DNA of 64,000 nucleotides from Macrostomum hystrix (taxonomy: Eukaryota > Animalia > Platyhelminthes), in assembly GCA_950097015.1 (NCBI GenBank), contig CATNEN010000003.1, positions 4,340,001 to 4,404,000 of the forward strand. The letters run 5' to 3'. Position 1 is the stretch's first letter; every line of letters begins with the position of its first letter. A program made the translations under genes and the position numbers. Under the pieces are notes generated by a model. That model did no database searches, was not told where the DNA came from, and was given only the letters and a program-made list of their open reading frames with translations. Shown one piece after another: positions 35,777-48,500 of the stretch.

Positions 35777-38700
35777 TTATCGAGTTTGTCCATTGTGACT
35801 ACTGCGAGTTCCGTTCACGGGATTTTCGTCTCCTTGATGCTGCTGCTGCTGCTGATCAGTGGTGTCATTCGACTGCCCGATCCTGCCAGCCATCTGGTTC
35901 CATCGTCGCCTAGCAACCTGCTGCCTGTTGATATCCTTTAGCTTCTGGTAGACCTCCAGGTTGAAGCCAAACTCTGTTTGCTGGGCCAGCGTTATTGGTG
36001 TTTCGCCGCGCTTTGAAAAATAATTAGGACGAAAAAACATTAAAAAATGTGGTTATTGTACTGTGTGTGTACAATTCATTATGTTACAGCAGACCCTGAT
36101 ATATCAGTTGATTTCCTCCGAAGAACGAGTTCCGCCCGCATGTATAAACTATATTCCTCAAGCTGAGGAGTCTGCTCGATTTTGTAGTAAAAATCTTATT
36201 ATATACGAGCACGTTACTCACCTTATTTTTTATATTTACAATTGCATTCTTGCTCAGAAAGAAGGAGACCAACTCTTCCTGATCTCGTCTGACGGTGATG
36301 TGCAAAGGCGTGTCCTCCATCTGCAGGTGATTAATTTTAATATTCATTTTTTTCCTGAGCCGTAGATTGAGATGAAATCTCAAACTGCTTGAGTGGAAGC
36401 AAAAAATTGCTTCCTAGGACTTGAGATTCGAACTCCGGACGTCTCGCTATTGTGGTGGAACCTCTTAAATTGGCACTAAAGGTCATAATTTCAAACTATA
36501 AAAAACTCATAAACTAATTCGCTAACTAAACTGCTCACCCCGTCAGTAGTGCGAACATTCGGGTTTGTACTAGGGTTGCTGGCCCACAGCTGTTGCAATT
36601 CGGCCAGCTTCCGCTTGCTAGTGAGGCCTCTGTCTGCCAGAATCTCGTGCACCGGTCGGCCTCGATGAGGCGCCTGTGGTGGCGGCGGCGCCTTCGCCGG
36701 CTCGGGTCGTTTGCCGCCTCTGAGCAGCTCCTCGACGTCTTTGTAGTCGCGCTCAATCGACATCATTAGGGCGTCTTTGTTCTCCTGCGATGGTTTAAAA
36801 ATCCACATCATTAGGGCGTCTTTGTTCTCCTGCGATGGTTTAAAAATCCACATCATTAGGGCGTCTTTGTTCTCCTGCGATGGTTTAAAAATCCACATCA
36901 TTAGGGCGTCTTTGTTCTCCTGCGATGGTTTAAAAATCCACATCATTAGGGCGTCTTTGTTCTCCTGCGATGGTTTAAAAATCCACATCATTAGGGCGTC
37001 TTTGTTCTCCTGCGATGGTTTAAAAATCCACATCATTAGGGCGTCTTTGTTCTCCTGCGATGGTTTAAAAATCCACATCATTAGGGCGTCTTTGTTCTCC
37101 TGCGATGGTTTAAAAATCCACATCATTAGGGCGTCTTTGTTCTCCTGCGATGGTTTAAAAATCCACATCATTAGGGCGTCTTTGTTCTCCTGCGATGGTT
37201 TAAAAATCCAAAAATCCATCGGGCTTCGTTCGCTCGAGGGAAAATAGTGTAAAATGTAAATCACGCAGCACACAATAGACCATTTACCTTATTTTTCGTC
37301 TCCTTAGGAACGCCAGCTGCTAGCAATGCTTTTATAACGTCAAGCATTTGTCTGTCGTGCGGCATGGAACTGATAGCTAGCTGGATTGGCGTGTTGCCAT
37401 GCTGTTTTAATGATGCAATGGTGTGATAGTACGAGCTTTGGCAGCTAAGCACTGAATGGAATTAATTTATAAATGTTTGTTTGCTTACATCGTCCACGCC
37501 GTGGGTATCAGCACCTGAGCTGGCCAACGCGTCGATGACCTGCGCCTTGTTCTGGCGGGACTCCAACACCGCTTTGTGATAGCAGAGCAGCGCGTTGAGA
37601 TCCTGTATAAGTACAATGCGAAAGCCCACCTTCAGATTATCATATCTGGGATCGAGACCGCAACTCATACTCTCTCGGTCAGAAGTTGGAAGTATATAAA
37701 ATATCACTGGTGGCCCTTAATTGGGCCGTTTTATTTTTTTGCATTTGCGAAAAGATATTTGCGAACCTTCTCACCATCAGATTATCATATCTGGGATCGA
37801 GACCGCAACGCATACTCACGATCAGAAGTCGGAATTTTTTATAACTGGTGGCCCTTAAATGGACCGTTTTATCTTTTCACATTTACGAATGCGTGTGATT
37901 AGTGAGTTTAAGGAAATAGTTAAATGAGCATCAATAAAATCTGCAGATTCTGTTCTGTTTGGCTGAGAGTGAATCTCCCGACCTCACGGTCAGAAGTCCA
38001 AAGTTCAATCACTTGTAGCCCTTAAATGGGCCGTTGATTATCTTTTTGCGTTTGCAAATGCGTGTGAGTGGCTAGTTAGGGTAAAAAGTAGTTTGATCAA
38101 CAATGAAAGCTGCGGATACACACAACCGTGTGTGTGTGTGCTCAAGAGTCAGCGGAATGAGCAGATTTTTCTCCTCGCTGGCTGCGGGTCCACTTGTACA
38201 TGATTAATAAATCTAACATTTAAATGCCAACCGACTCACCCTTCCATCATTATTTTGACTCAATCTGTCGGCCAGCTGTCTGACCTCATCTGAGTTGCCC
38301 TGCCTGATGGCATTCTCAAGCAGCTCCGAGTCGCTTTTCTTGCCGGCTCCGAATTTATCTTTCCAGTTGTAGATGTCGATTTCGTGGCGCCTCTCCGGGT
38401 GCAGCTCGATCTCTTCTAGTAGAGCCGCCAGATCTGCGTAGCCCTTGGCGTAGGCGTAGTCTTTCGGCGTGCGTTCGGCCTTCAATTCGGATTTATTTAA
38501 AGATTTTTTGTCACTTTTCAGTTTATGTTATGATTATTGCTGACCCCTAAATGACAGGTAGATTCCCTAATTAGCAGTTGCATTTCTTGGATAACAGGTG
38601 AATTTCCTAAATAGCAGGTGGATTTACCTAAATAACCGTTGGATTTCCCTAAATAACAGGTGGATTTCCCTAAATAACAGTTGGATTTCCCTAAATAACA

Positions 38701-39780
38701 GGTGGATTTCCCTAAATAACAGTTGGATTTCCCTAAATAACAGGTGGATTTCCCTAAATAACAGGGGGATTACTAAAATGACAGGTAGATTATCTAAATA
38801 TCACGAGGATTCTCTAGATAAAAGGTGGATTGTCTAAATGCCAGGTGGATTTCACAAATCACAGTCTAATTCCTTAATTAAAAGGTAAATTTCCAATCCA
38901 ACGTGCGAATGTACTTTTTGACCACGCGGGTGAATTCACAGTTTTCGATGGTAACTACTATCCAGCGTAACAGTCTGCTAGACTCAAATTAAACGCCCAC
39001 ATGACAGATCAGATCTCACATAGTTCCTTAGATTGGGTATGGCGCCCTCCTTCAGCAAAAGCGGTACAGAAATTTCTGCGTTGACCAGCTTGCTGAATAT
39101 GATAGCCAGGTGTAAACTGGTGTTACCATCCGGTGTACACTTGGCGTCCCTGTCAGCGCCATAGTACAGCAGGTAGTTGATGAGGTCCTCGAGGTAGGGC
39201 GGCTCCGGGCTGACCACCGCAACGTGAAGTGGCGTCAGTCCGTTCTGATTTCGTCCGTCAATATTTCGCCTGTGACCGGTGCCTTCGGCGCTTTCCAGCA
39301 GTTGAATTAGCAGGTCGATCTCCTGGCGCAGACATAGGTCGTGCAGGACGTACGGCTGCGATGGAGCCAGAGTGAGCACACATTTAGATTTTTATTTAAA
39401 TCCAATACTTGTCACTCCGAATGCGTGTCACTCCGAATGCTTGTCACTCCCAATCCTTGTCACTCCGAATCTTTGTCACGCCCAATGTCACTCGATCAAT
39501 CCTTGTCACTCGATCAATCCTTGTCACTCGATCAATCCTTGTCACTCGATCAATACTTGTCACTCGATCAATCCTTGTCACTCGATCAATCCTTGTCACT
39601 CGATAAATCCTAGTCATTCTCTATGATTGGCACACAAATACTTTCACTTCATTCTTGTCACTCCAATAATCCGTAGCCAGACGCAGAACTTACATCCTTC
39701 AGCTGTTCATCTTTCCTGCTGATACGAATCAATGCGTCCAAATTGTCGAATCCTTTCTGTTCAGATAGTCTGGTACTCAT
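35777..39780 (-). CDS. Ankyrin-repeat protein A, 8 exons
   Basis: Exons 39780-39694, 39355-39020, 38479-38240, 37602-37489, 37401-37288, 36784-36539, 36320-36222, 36010-35777; all introns phase 0. Motifs GLTPLHVA, GNTSLHLA, GNTPIQLA, EDTPLHI, GETPITLA. Confidence 0.88.
36760..37210 (-). repeat. 45-bp tandem repeat x10 spanning the intron 5/exon 6 junction of ankyrin gene A
   Basis: Minus-strand unit TGGATTTTTAAACCATCGCAG|GAGAACAAAGACGCCCTAATGATG. Confidence 0.95.
37620..38070. repeat. Diverged ~145-bp tandem triplication in ankyrin A intron 3
   Basis: CAGATTATCATATCTGGGATCGAGACCGCAAC at 37633 and 37778; third, more degenerate copy with TCAGAAGT...GCCCTTAAATGGGCCGTT. Confidence 0.75.
38540..38860. 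repeat. 21-bp minisatellite (GGTGGATTTCCCTAAATAACA), intronic
   Basis: Direct inspection. Confidence 0.88.
39407..39605. repeat. 18-bp minisatellite (CTTGTCACTCGATCAATC), intronic
   Basis: Direct inspection. Confidence 0.88.
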
Positions 39781-40924
39781 TTTAATAAAAATTGCAGATG
39801 CCAGTCTCACACTAACCCTAGCTGGTCTGTTTTTATTGCATAGTTATGCGCCCATAATGCACTTGCTAAAATTTTTGGGGCAGGAATAATGAATGGACGT
39901 CGATGACGACAACAACAAGAGCTTGAAAGCAGAATACCTTCTTTCTGTTTGCTTTCTCTTCGTTGCTAAGACCCACTGTGCCTTCCTCTCACTCAACCTT
40001 TTGTGCAAGGTTTGTGCTCAAATGTACACAAACTCTATCTTATTCTCACCTCTCACCTCTCACCCTCTTGGGTGGGTACTCAGAGTGAGTGTTTTATAGC
40101 TTTCCAATCTCTCTTTGATTCTCGCTGCTTATCTCGCATTATCTTTAACAATCTCTTATTCCATTATCGATTTTATCATTATCCTTATCAATGTCTCATT
40201 CTCTCGTTCTGTAACTTGAACTAGAAAATATTCGATACAAATTGGCTACCTGTTTAGGAGCGAGATACGCATTTTATGATTATTCAAAATAAATTCAAAT
40301 ATATTTTAGCTTGTAGAAAAGCAAATCAATAGTGAACGTTAAGAAAAAACTTATCTTTAGTGTTATGTAAGCTTGTGATTTGAGATAATTTTTACAGTCT
40401 AAACAAAAACTTGACGAAACAATATAAAACTATTGATACGAGCTATATTGATCCGGTGATAAATTCTTTCAGAATCTTTCAATACAAAATTTATAATGCA
40501 AGTGGTCGAAATACATTTATAGTTACAATTTTTAGTCCTTTTTTATAAAATTAGCTGGGGTTTTGCTAGACGGGATTTCCGAAATGGATTCCCCAACGTA
40601 AGTAATTTTTGGCATTCATTATTTTTACTTAACCAAATGGTTCCAAAAGTAATTATCTGCAGAAATTATCGACAAATAACAAGGAATCCCATTGCAGAGG
40701 TCTCCCAAGGAAATCATTTTCAGAGATTCTCCAAGGGAATTCCTTTAAGAGATTCCCCGACAGGAATTCCCCAAAGAGATTTCCTGAACGAATTCCCCAT
40801 GGGATTTCCCAATTTGATGATTCTGGCACTCGATTCCATTATTAAAAGTCGAAACAGAAGGAATCAATACGCATATTGTCAAGATACACTGATTGGGAAA
40901 AAAGAGAATTCACACTTCAAGACT

Positions 40925-42435
40925 TCAACCGCTAGCAGCTGCGGTTGCCTGCTTTCTGGCCGCAATCTGTTTTCGATTGGCCTGGATTAGCATGTCCTCA
41001 ATCTCCTGGTCCTTGCCCCACGGACCATCGCGGGCCAGCGTGAGCGGCGTTTCATTGTGCTGAAATTTTGAGCAGAATTTAAGTGAGACCGGCTCTCCGA
41101 TTATGCTAGGATGTCACTGTCAAACTCGCAGTTTAGTTAATTGGTCTTAATAGACTATATGACCTAAAGTCTCATTCCCTGACTTAAAATCTCATTCCCT
41201 GACCTAAATACATATTCTCAGACCAAGAATCGCAAATTCTGACCTGAAGTCTCATTCTCTGACCGAAAGTCTCATTCTCTGACCGAAAGTCTCATTCTCT
41301 GACCTAAAGTCTCATCCACTGACCTAAAGTCTCATTCACTGACCTAAAGTCTTATTCACTGACCTAAAGTCTCATTCACTGACCTAAAGTCTTATTCACT
41401 GACCTAAAGTCTCATTCACTGACCTAAAGTCTTATTCACTGACCTAAAGTCTCATTCTCTGACCTAAAGTCTCATCCACTGATCTAAAGTCACATTCACT
41501 GACCTAAAGTCTCATTCTCTGACCTAAAGTCTCATCCACTGACCTAAAGTCTCATTCTCTGACCTAAAGTCTCATCCACTGACCTAAAGTCTTATCCACT
41601 GACCTAAAGTCTCATTCACTGACCTAAAGTCTTATTCACTGACCTAAAGTCTCATTCACTGATCTAAAGTCTTATTCACTGACCTAAAGTCTCATTCTCT
41701 GACCTAAAGTCTCATTCACTGACCTAAAGTCTCATTCACTGACCTAAAGTCTTATTCACTGACCTAAGTCTCATCCTCTGACCTAAAGTCTCATTCACTG
41801 ACCTAAAGTCTCATCCACTGACCTAAAGTCTCATCCACTGACCTAAAGTCTCATTCACTGACCTAAAGTCTCATCCACTGACCTAAAGTCTCATCCACTG
41901 ACCTAAAGTCTCATTCACTGACCTAAAGTCTCATTATCTGACCTAAAGTCTCATCCACTGACCTAAAGTCTCATCCACTGACCTAAAGTCTCATTCACTG
42001 ACCTAAAGTCTCATTCCCTGTTCTAAATACATATTCTCAGACTAAGTATATCATATTCTGACCTAAAGTCTCATTCTCCAGCAAGACATATAATCTTTGA
42101 CCTCTGACCTAAAGTGTCACTATTTGACGTAACATATTTTTATCTAGCACAAAAACTTATTTCTGATTTAAAATCTTTTGAACTTGACCTAAATTCTCAT
42201 TATATGACCTAAAGTCTCGTTCAATGACCTAAATCTCCATTTTGTGACCTAATGTTTCATTCTGTAACCTAAAATCCCATTATTTCACCATAAACTATAG
42301 TGTATCCATGTATACCTTATTCTTAACATTGACGGTGGCGTCTCTATCCAGAAGGCAGCGAACGACGGCGCCTCTTTGATCTCGCGTCGCTATGTGCAGA
42401 GCAGTGTCACCCATCTGTAAATGCAGGCGTGGATA

Positions 42436-42505
<70 letters not shown>

Positions 42506-45500
42506 ATTTGACACTAGACCCAAGGGCCAGTGCAGGTGTTGTGTTTCAGGCACACTAGCAGGTGGGGACTGCACACCTAATGTACTCCCCGGCTCTCTCG
42601 GACACTGGTTGACAGCCGCGTGTCAGCAATGGAATTTATTTTTCCAAACATATCGGCAGCATCCAAACCCCACTGAATTGCCGCACAGAACTGCTTTATT
42701 CCACGCCAGCCGGAATTATTATTACCCGACGAAATGTCGGTACTCATTTGCAGCTGAGTAGACTGTGTGCACATCAGGGCAAAGCAGCTTGCCAAAGGCT
42801 GCACGAATAGTTCGGGAGTCGAACACAGGACCATTTGATCCAGAGTCCGACACCTTATTGACTGAGCTATCCGCCCTTATTTAATGACCTAAAATCTCAT
42901 TCTCAGGCGTCGATAGTTGATCAATAGTTGAAAGCCTGCGCACACAGATACTGTACGCAGGTACACACTCAACACAGTTGTGTACTTGACTTTATCGTTG
43001 TCAGGCAGTGTACACTCTCACTGTGCCTTGGTAGGTTGGCCCTCAAGGGTGTAAATAGCACGACAAGCCTATTTCTATGAAGCTTCATTTGAGGAAAGCA
43101 TCAAATTCATGCTATTTAATTATTTTCTCTACATGCCATTAAAAGTAAGAAAATTCCTTGGAAAAACATGCAAGGCATGCAGATCTGCTTCTAATAAAAA
43201 CGAGTACCATTGTTATTGTGAAGAGAGAAAATTTTAATCTCGTATTGTAATTTTCTAAGAAACGCTTTCCTAAGAATTTTCCAAAATGAGTCTTTACCTC
43301 GTCTTTGGTCGGCAAGTCTGGATCAAGGCCTGGGTTAGCACGAAAATAGGACTCAAGTTCTTGAGCGATCTGAGCGCTAGGCTTGTTCTGTTGCACCAGC
43401 TCGTGTAGTCTATGGTACTTGCCCTGAAATGCAGAGGAGAGGAGAGGAGAGGAAAGGAGAGGAGAGGAGAGGCGAGGAGAGGAGAGGAGAGGAGAGGAGA
43501 GGAGAGGAGAGGAGAGGAGAGGAGAGGAGAGGAGAGGAGAGGAGAGGAGAGGAGAGGAGAGGAGAGGAGAGGAGAGGAGAGGAAAGGAGAGGAGAGGAGA
43601 GGAGAGGAGAGGAGAGGAAAGGAGAGGAGAGGAGAGAAGAGGAGAGGAGAGGAGAGGAGACGAGAGGAGAATAGAGGAGAGGAGAGGAGAGGAGAGGAGA
43701 GGAGAGGAGAGGAGAGGAGAGGAGAGGAGAGGAGAGGAGAGGAGAGGAGAGGAGAGGAGAGGAGAGGAGAGGAGAGGAGAGGAGAGGAGTGGAGAGAGTG
43801 GATAGCAAAGGAGAGGAGAGGAGAGGAGAGGAGAGGAGAGGAGAGGCGAGGAGAGGAGAGGAGAGGAGAGGAGAGGAGAGGAGAGAGTGGATAGCAAAGG
43901 AGAGGAGAGGAGAGGAAAGGAGAGGAGAGGAGAGAAGAGGAGAGGAGAGGAGAGGAGACGAGAGGAGAATAGAGGAGAGGAGAGGAGAGGAGAGGAGAGG
44001 AGAGGAGAGGAGAGGAGAGGAGAGGAGAGGAGAGGAGAGGAGAAGAGAGAGTGGATAGCAAAGGAGAGGAGAGGAGAGGAGAGGAGAGGAGAGGAGAGGA
44101 GAGGAGAGGAGAGGAGAGGAGAGGAGTGGAGTGGAGAGAGTGGATAGCAAAGGAGAGGAGAGGAGAGGAAAGGAGAGGAGAGGAGAGGAGAGAAGAGGAG
44201 AGGAGAGGAGAGGAGACGAGAGGAGAATAGAGGAGAGGAGAGGAGAGGAGAGGAGAGGAGAGGAGAGGAGTGGAGAGAGTGGATAGCAAAGGAGAGGAGA
44301 GGAGAGGAGAGGAGAGGAGAGGAGAGGCGAGGAGAGGAGAGGAGAGGAGAGGAGAGGAGAGGAGAGAGTGGATAGCAAAGGAGAGGAGAGGAGAGGAAAG
44401 GAGAGGAGAGGAGAGGAGAGGAGTGGAGTGGAGAGAGTGGATAGCAAAGGAGAGGAGAGGAGAGGAAAGGAGAGGAGAGGAGAGGAGAGAAGAGGAGAGG
44501 AGAGGAGAGGAGACGAGAGGAGAATAGAGGAGAGGAGAGGAGAGGAGAGGAGAGGAGAGGAGAAGAGAGAGTGGATAGCAAAGGAGAGGAGAGGAGAGGA
44601 GAGGAAAGGAGAGGAGAGGAGAGGCGAGGAGAGGAGAGGAGAGGAGAGGAGAGGAGAGGAGAGGAGAGGAGAGGAGAGGAGAGGAGAGGAGAGGAGAGGA
44701 GAGGAGAGGAGAGGAGAGGAAAGGAGAGGAGAGGAGAGGAGAGGAGAGGAGAGGAAAGGAGAGGAGAGGAGAGAAGAGGAGAGGAGAGGAGACGAGACGA
44801 GAGGAGAATAGAGGAGAGGAGAGGAGAGGAGAGGAGAGGAGAGGAGAGGAGAGGAGAGGAGAGGAGAGGAGAGGAGAGGAGAGGAGAGGAGAGGAGAGGA
44901 GAGGAGAGGAGAGGAGAGGAGAGGAGAGGAGTGGAGAGAGTGGATAGCAAAGGAGAGGAGAGGAGAGGAGAGGAGAGGAGAGGAGAGGAGAGGCGAGGAG
45001 AGGAGAGGAGAGGAGAGGAGAGGAGAGGAGAGAGTGGATAGCAAAGGAGAGGAGAGGAGAGGAAAGGAGAGGAGAGGAGAGAAGAGGAGAGGAGAGGAGA
45101 GGAGACGAGAGGAGAATAGAGGAGAGGAGAGGAGAGGAGAGGAGAGGAGAGGAGAGGAGAGGAGAGGAGAGGAGAGGAGAGGAGAGGAGAAGAGAGAGTG
45201 GATAGCAAAGGAGAGGAGAGGAGAGGAGAGGAGAGGAGAGGAGAGGAGAGGAGAGGAGAGGAGAGGAGAGGAGTGGAGTGGAGAGAGTGGATAGCAAAGG
45301 AGAGGAGAGGAGAGGAAAGAAGAGGAGAGGAGAGGAGAGAAGAGGAGAGGAGAGGAGAGGAGACGAGAGGAGAATAGAGGAGAGGAGAGGAGAGGAGAGG
45401 AGAGGAGAGGAGAGGAGTGGAGAGAGTGGATAGCAAAGGAGAGGAGAGGAGAGGAGAGGAGAGGAGAGGAGAGGCGAGGAGAGGAGAGGAGAGGAGAGGA

Positions 45501-48500
45501 GAGGAGAGGAGAGAGTGGATAGCAAAGGAGAGGAGAGGAGAGGAAAGGAGAGGAGAGGAGAGAAGAGGAGAGGAGAGGAGAGGAGACGAGAGGAGAATAG
45601 AGGAGAGGAGAGGAGAGGAGAGGAGAGGAGAGGAGAGGAGAGGAGAGGAGAGGAGAGGAGAGGAGAGGAGAAGAGAGAGTGGATAGCAAAGGAGAGGAGA
45701 GGAGAGGAGAGGAGAGGAGAGGAGAGGAGAGGAGAGGAGAGGAGAGGAGAGGAGTGGAGTGGAGAGAGTGGATAGCAAAGGAGAGGAGAGGAGAGGAAAG
45801 GAGAGGAGAGGAGAGGAGAGAAGAGGAGAGGAGAGGAGAGGAGACGAGAGGAGAATAGAGGAGAGGAGAATATAGGAGAGGAGTGGAGTGGAGAGACGAG
45901 AAGAGAAGAGGAGAGGAGAGGAGAGGAGAGAAGAGAAGAGGAGAGGAGAGGAGAGGAGAGAAGAGGAGAGGAGAGGAGAGGAGAGGAGAGGAGAGGAGAG
46001 GAGAGGAGAGGAGAGGAGAGGCGAGGAGAGGAGAGGAGAGGAGACGAGAGGAGAGGAGAGGAGAGGCGAGGAGAGGAGAGGAGAGGAGAGGAGAGGAGAG
46101 GCGAGGAGAGGAGAGGAGAGGAGAGGAGAGGAGAGGAGAGAAGAGGAGAGGAGAGGAGAGGAAGAGGAGAGGAGAGGAGAGGAGAGGAGAGAAGAGGAGA
46201 GGAGAGGAGAGGAGACGAGAGGAGAATAGAGGAGAGGAGAATATAGGAGAGGAGTGGAGTGGAGAGACGAGAAGAGAAGAGGAGAGGAGAGGAGAGGAGA
46301 GAAGAGAAGAGGAGAGGAGAGGAGAGGAGAGAAGAGGAGAGGAGAGGAGAGGAGAGGAGAGGAGAGGAGAGGAGAGGAGAGGAGAGGAGAGGAGAGGCGA
46401 GGAGAGGAGAGGAGAGGAGACGAGAGGAGAGGAGAGGAGAGGCGAGGAGAGGAGAGGAGAGGAGAGGAGAGGAGAGGCGAGGAGAGGAGAGGAGAGGAGA
46501 GGAGAGAAGAGGAGAGGAGAGGAGAGGAGAGGAGAGGAGAGGAGAGGAGAGGAGAGGAGAGGAGAGGAGAGGAGAGGAGAGGAGAGGAGAGGAGAGGAGT
46601 GGAGAGAGTGGATAGCAAAGGAGAGGAGAGGAGAGGAGAGGAGAGGAGAGGAGAGGCGAGGAGAGGAGAGGAGAGGAGAGGAGAGGAGAGGAGAGAGTGG
46701 ATAGCAAAGGAGAGGAGAGGAGAGGAAAGGAGAGGAGAGGAGAGAAGAGGAGAGGAGAGGAGAGGAGACGAGAGGAGAATAGAGGAGAGGAGAGGAGAGG
46801 AGAGGAGAGGAGAGGAGAGGAGAGGAGAGGAGAGGAGAGGAGAGGAGAGGAGAAGAGAGAGTGGATAGCAAAGGAGAGGAGAGGAGAGGAGAGGAGAGGA
46901 GAGGAGAGGAGAGGAGAGGAGAGGAGAGGAGAGGAGTGGAGTGGAGAGAGTGGATAGCAAAGGAGAGGAGAGGAGAGGAAAGGAGAGGAGAGGAGAGGAG
47001 AGAAGAGGAGAGGAGAGGAGAGGAGACGAGAGGAGAATAGAGGAGAGGAGAATATAGGAGAGGAGTGGAGTGGAGAGACGAGAAGAGAAGAGGAGAGGAG
47101 AGGAGAGGAGAGAAGAGAAGAGGAGAGGAGAGGAGAGGAGAGAAGAGGAGAGGAGAGGAGAGGAGAGGAGAGGAGAGGAGAGGAGAGGAGAGGAGAGGAG
47201 AGGCGAGGAGAGGAGAGGAGAGGAGACGAGAGGAGAGGAGAGGAGAGGCGAGGAGAGGAGAGGAGAGGAGAGGAGAGGAGAGGCGAGGAGAGGAGAGGAG
47301 AGGAGAGGAGAGGAGAGGAGAGAAGAGGAGAGGAGAGGAGAGGAGAGGAGAGAAGAGGAGAGGAGAGGAGAGGAGACGAGAGGAGAATAGAGGAGAGGAG
47401 AATATAGGAGAGGAGTGGAGTGGAGAGACGAGAAGAGAAGAGGAGAGGAGAGGAGAGGAGAGAAGAGAAGAGGAGAGGAGAGGAGAGGAGAGAAGAGGAG
47501 AGGAGAGGAGAGGAGAGGAGAGGAGAGGAGAGGAGAGGAGAGGAGAGGAGAGGAGAGGCGAGGAGAGGAGAGGAGAGGAGACGAGAGGAGAGGAGAGGAG
47601 AGGCGAGGAGAGGAGAGGAGAGGAGAGGAGAGGAGAGGCGAGGAGAGGAGAGGAGAGGAGAGGAGAGAAGAGGAGAGGAGAGGAGAGGAGAGGAGAGGAG
47701 AGGAGAGGAGAGGAGAGGAGAGGAGAGGAGAGGAGAGGAGAGGAGAGGAGAGGAGAGGAGTGGAGAGAGTGGATAGCAAAGGAGAGGAGAGGAGAGTAAA
47801 GGAGAGGAGAGGAGAGGAGAATATAGGAGAGGAGTGGAGTGGAGAGACGAGAAGAAAAGAGGAGAGGAGAGGAGAGGAGAGAAGAGAAGAGGAGAGGAGA
47901 GGAGAGGCGAGGAGAGGAGAGGAGAGGAGAGGAGAGGAGAGGAGAGGAAAGGAGAGGAGAGGAGAGAAGAGGAGAGGAGAGGAGAGGAGACGAGAGAAGA
48001 GGAGAGGAGAGGAGAGGAGAGAAGAGGAGAGGAGAGGAGAGGAGAGGAGAGGAGAGAAGAGGAGAGGAGAGGAGAGGAGACGAGAGGAGAATAGAGTAGA
48101 GGAGAATATAGGAGAGGAGTGGAGTGGAGAGGAGAGAAGAGAAGAGGAGAGGAGAGGAGAGGAGAGGAGAGTAGAGGAGAGGAGAGGAGAGGCGAGGCGA
48201 GGAGAGGAGAGGAGAGGACAGGACAGGACAGGAAAATAGAGGAGAGGAGAGGAGAAAAGAGGAGAGGAGAGGAGAGGAGAGGAAAGGAGAGGAGAGGAGA
48301 GGAGAGGAGAGGAGAGGAGTGGAGAGAGTGGATAGCAAAGGAGAGGAGAGGAGAGGAGAGGAGAGGAGAGGAGAGGACAGGACAGGAGAGAAAATTTTGA
48401 GAGCTTAGCAGGACCTGGGAGAAAAATTAGTAGAGGGTAAGAATGCAATAAGTTGGAACAGTTGGATAAGTGGGATAAGTGGGATAAGTGGGATAAATGG

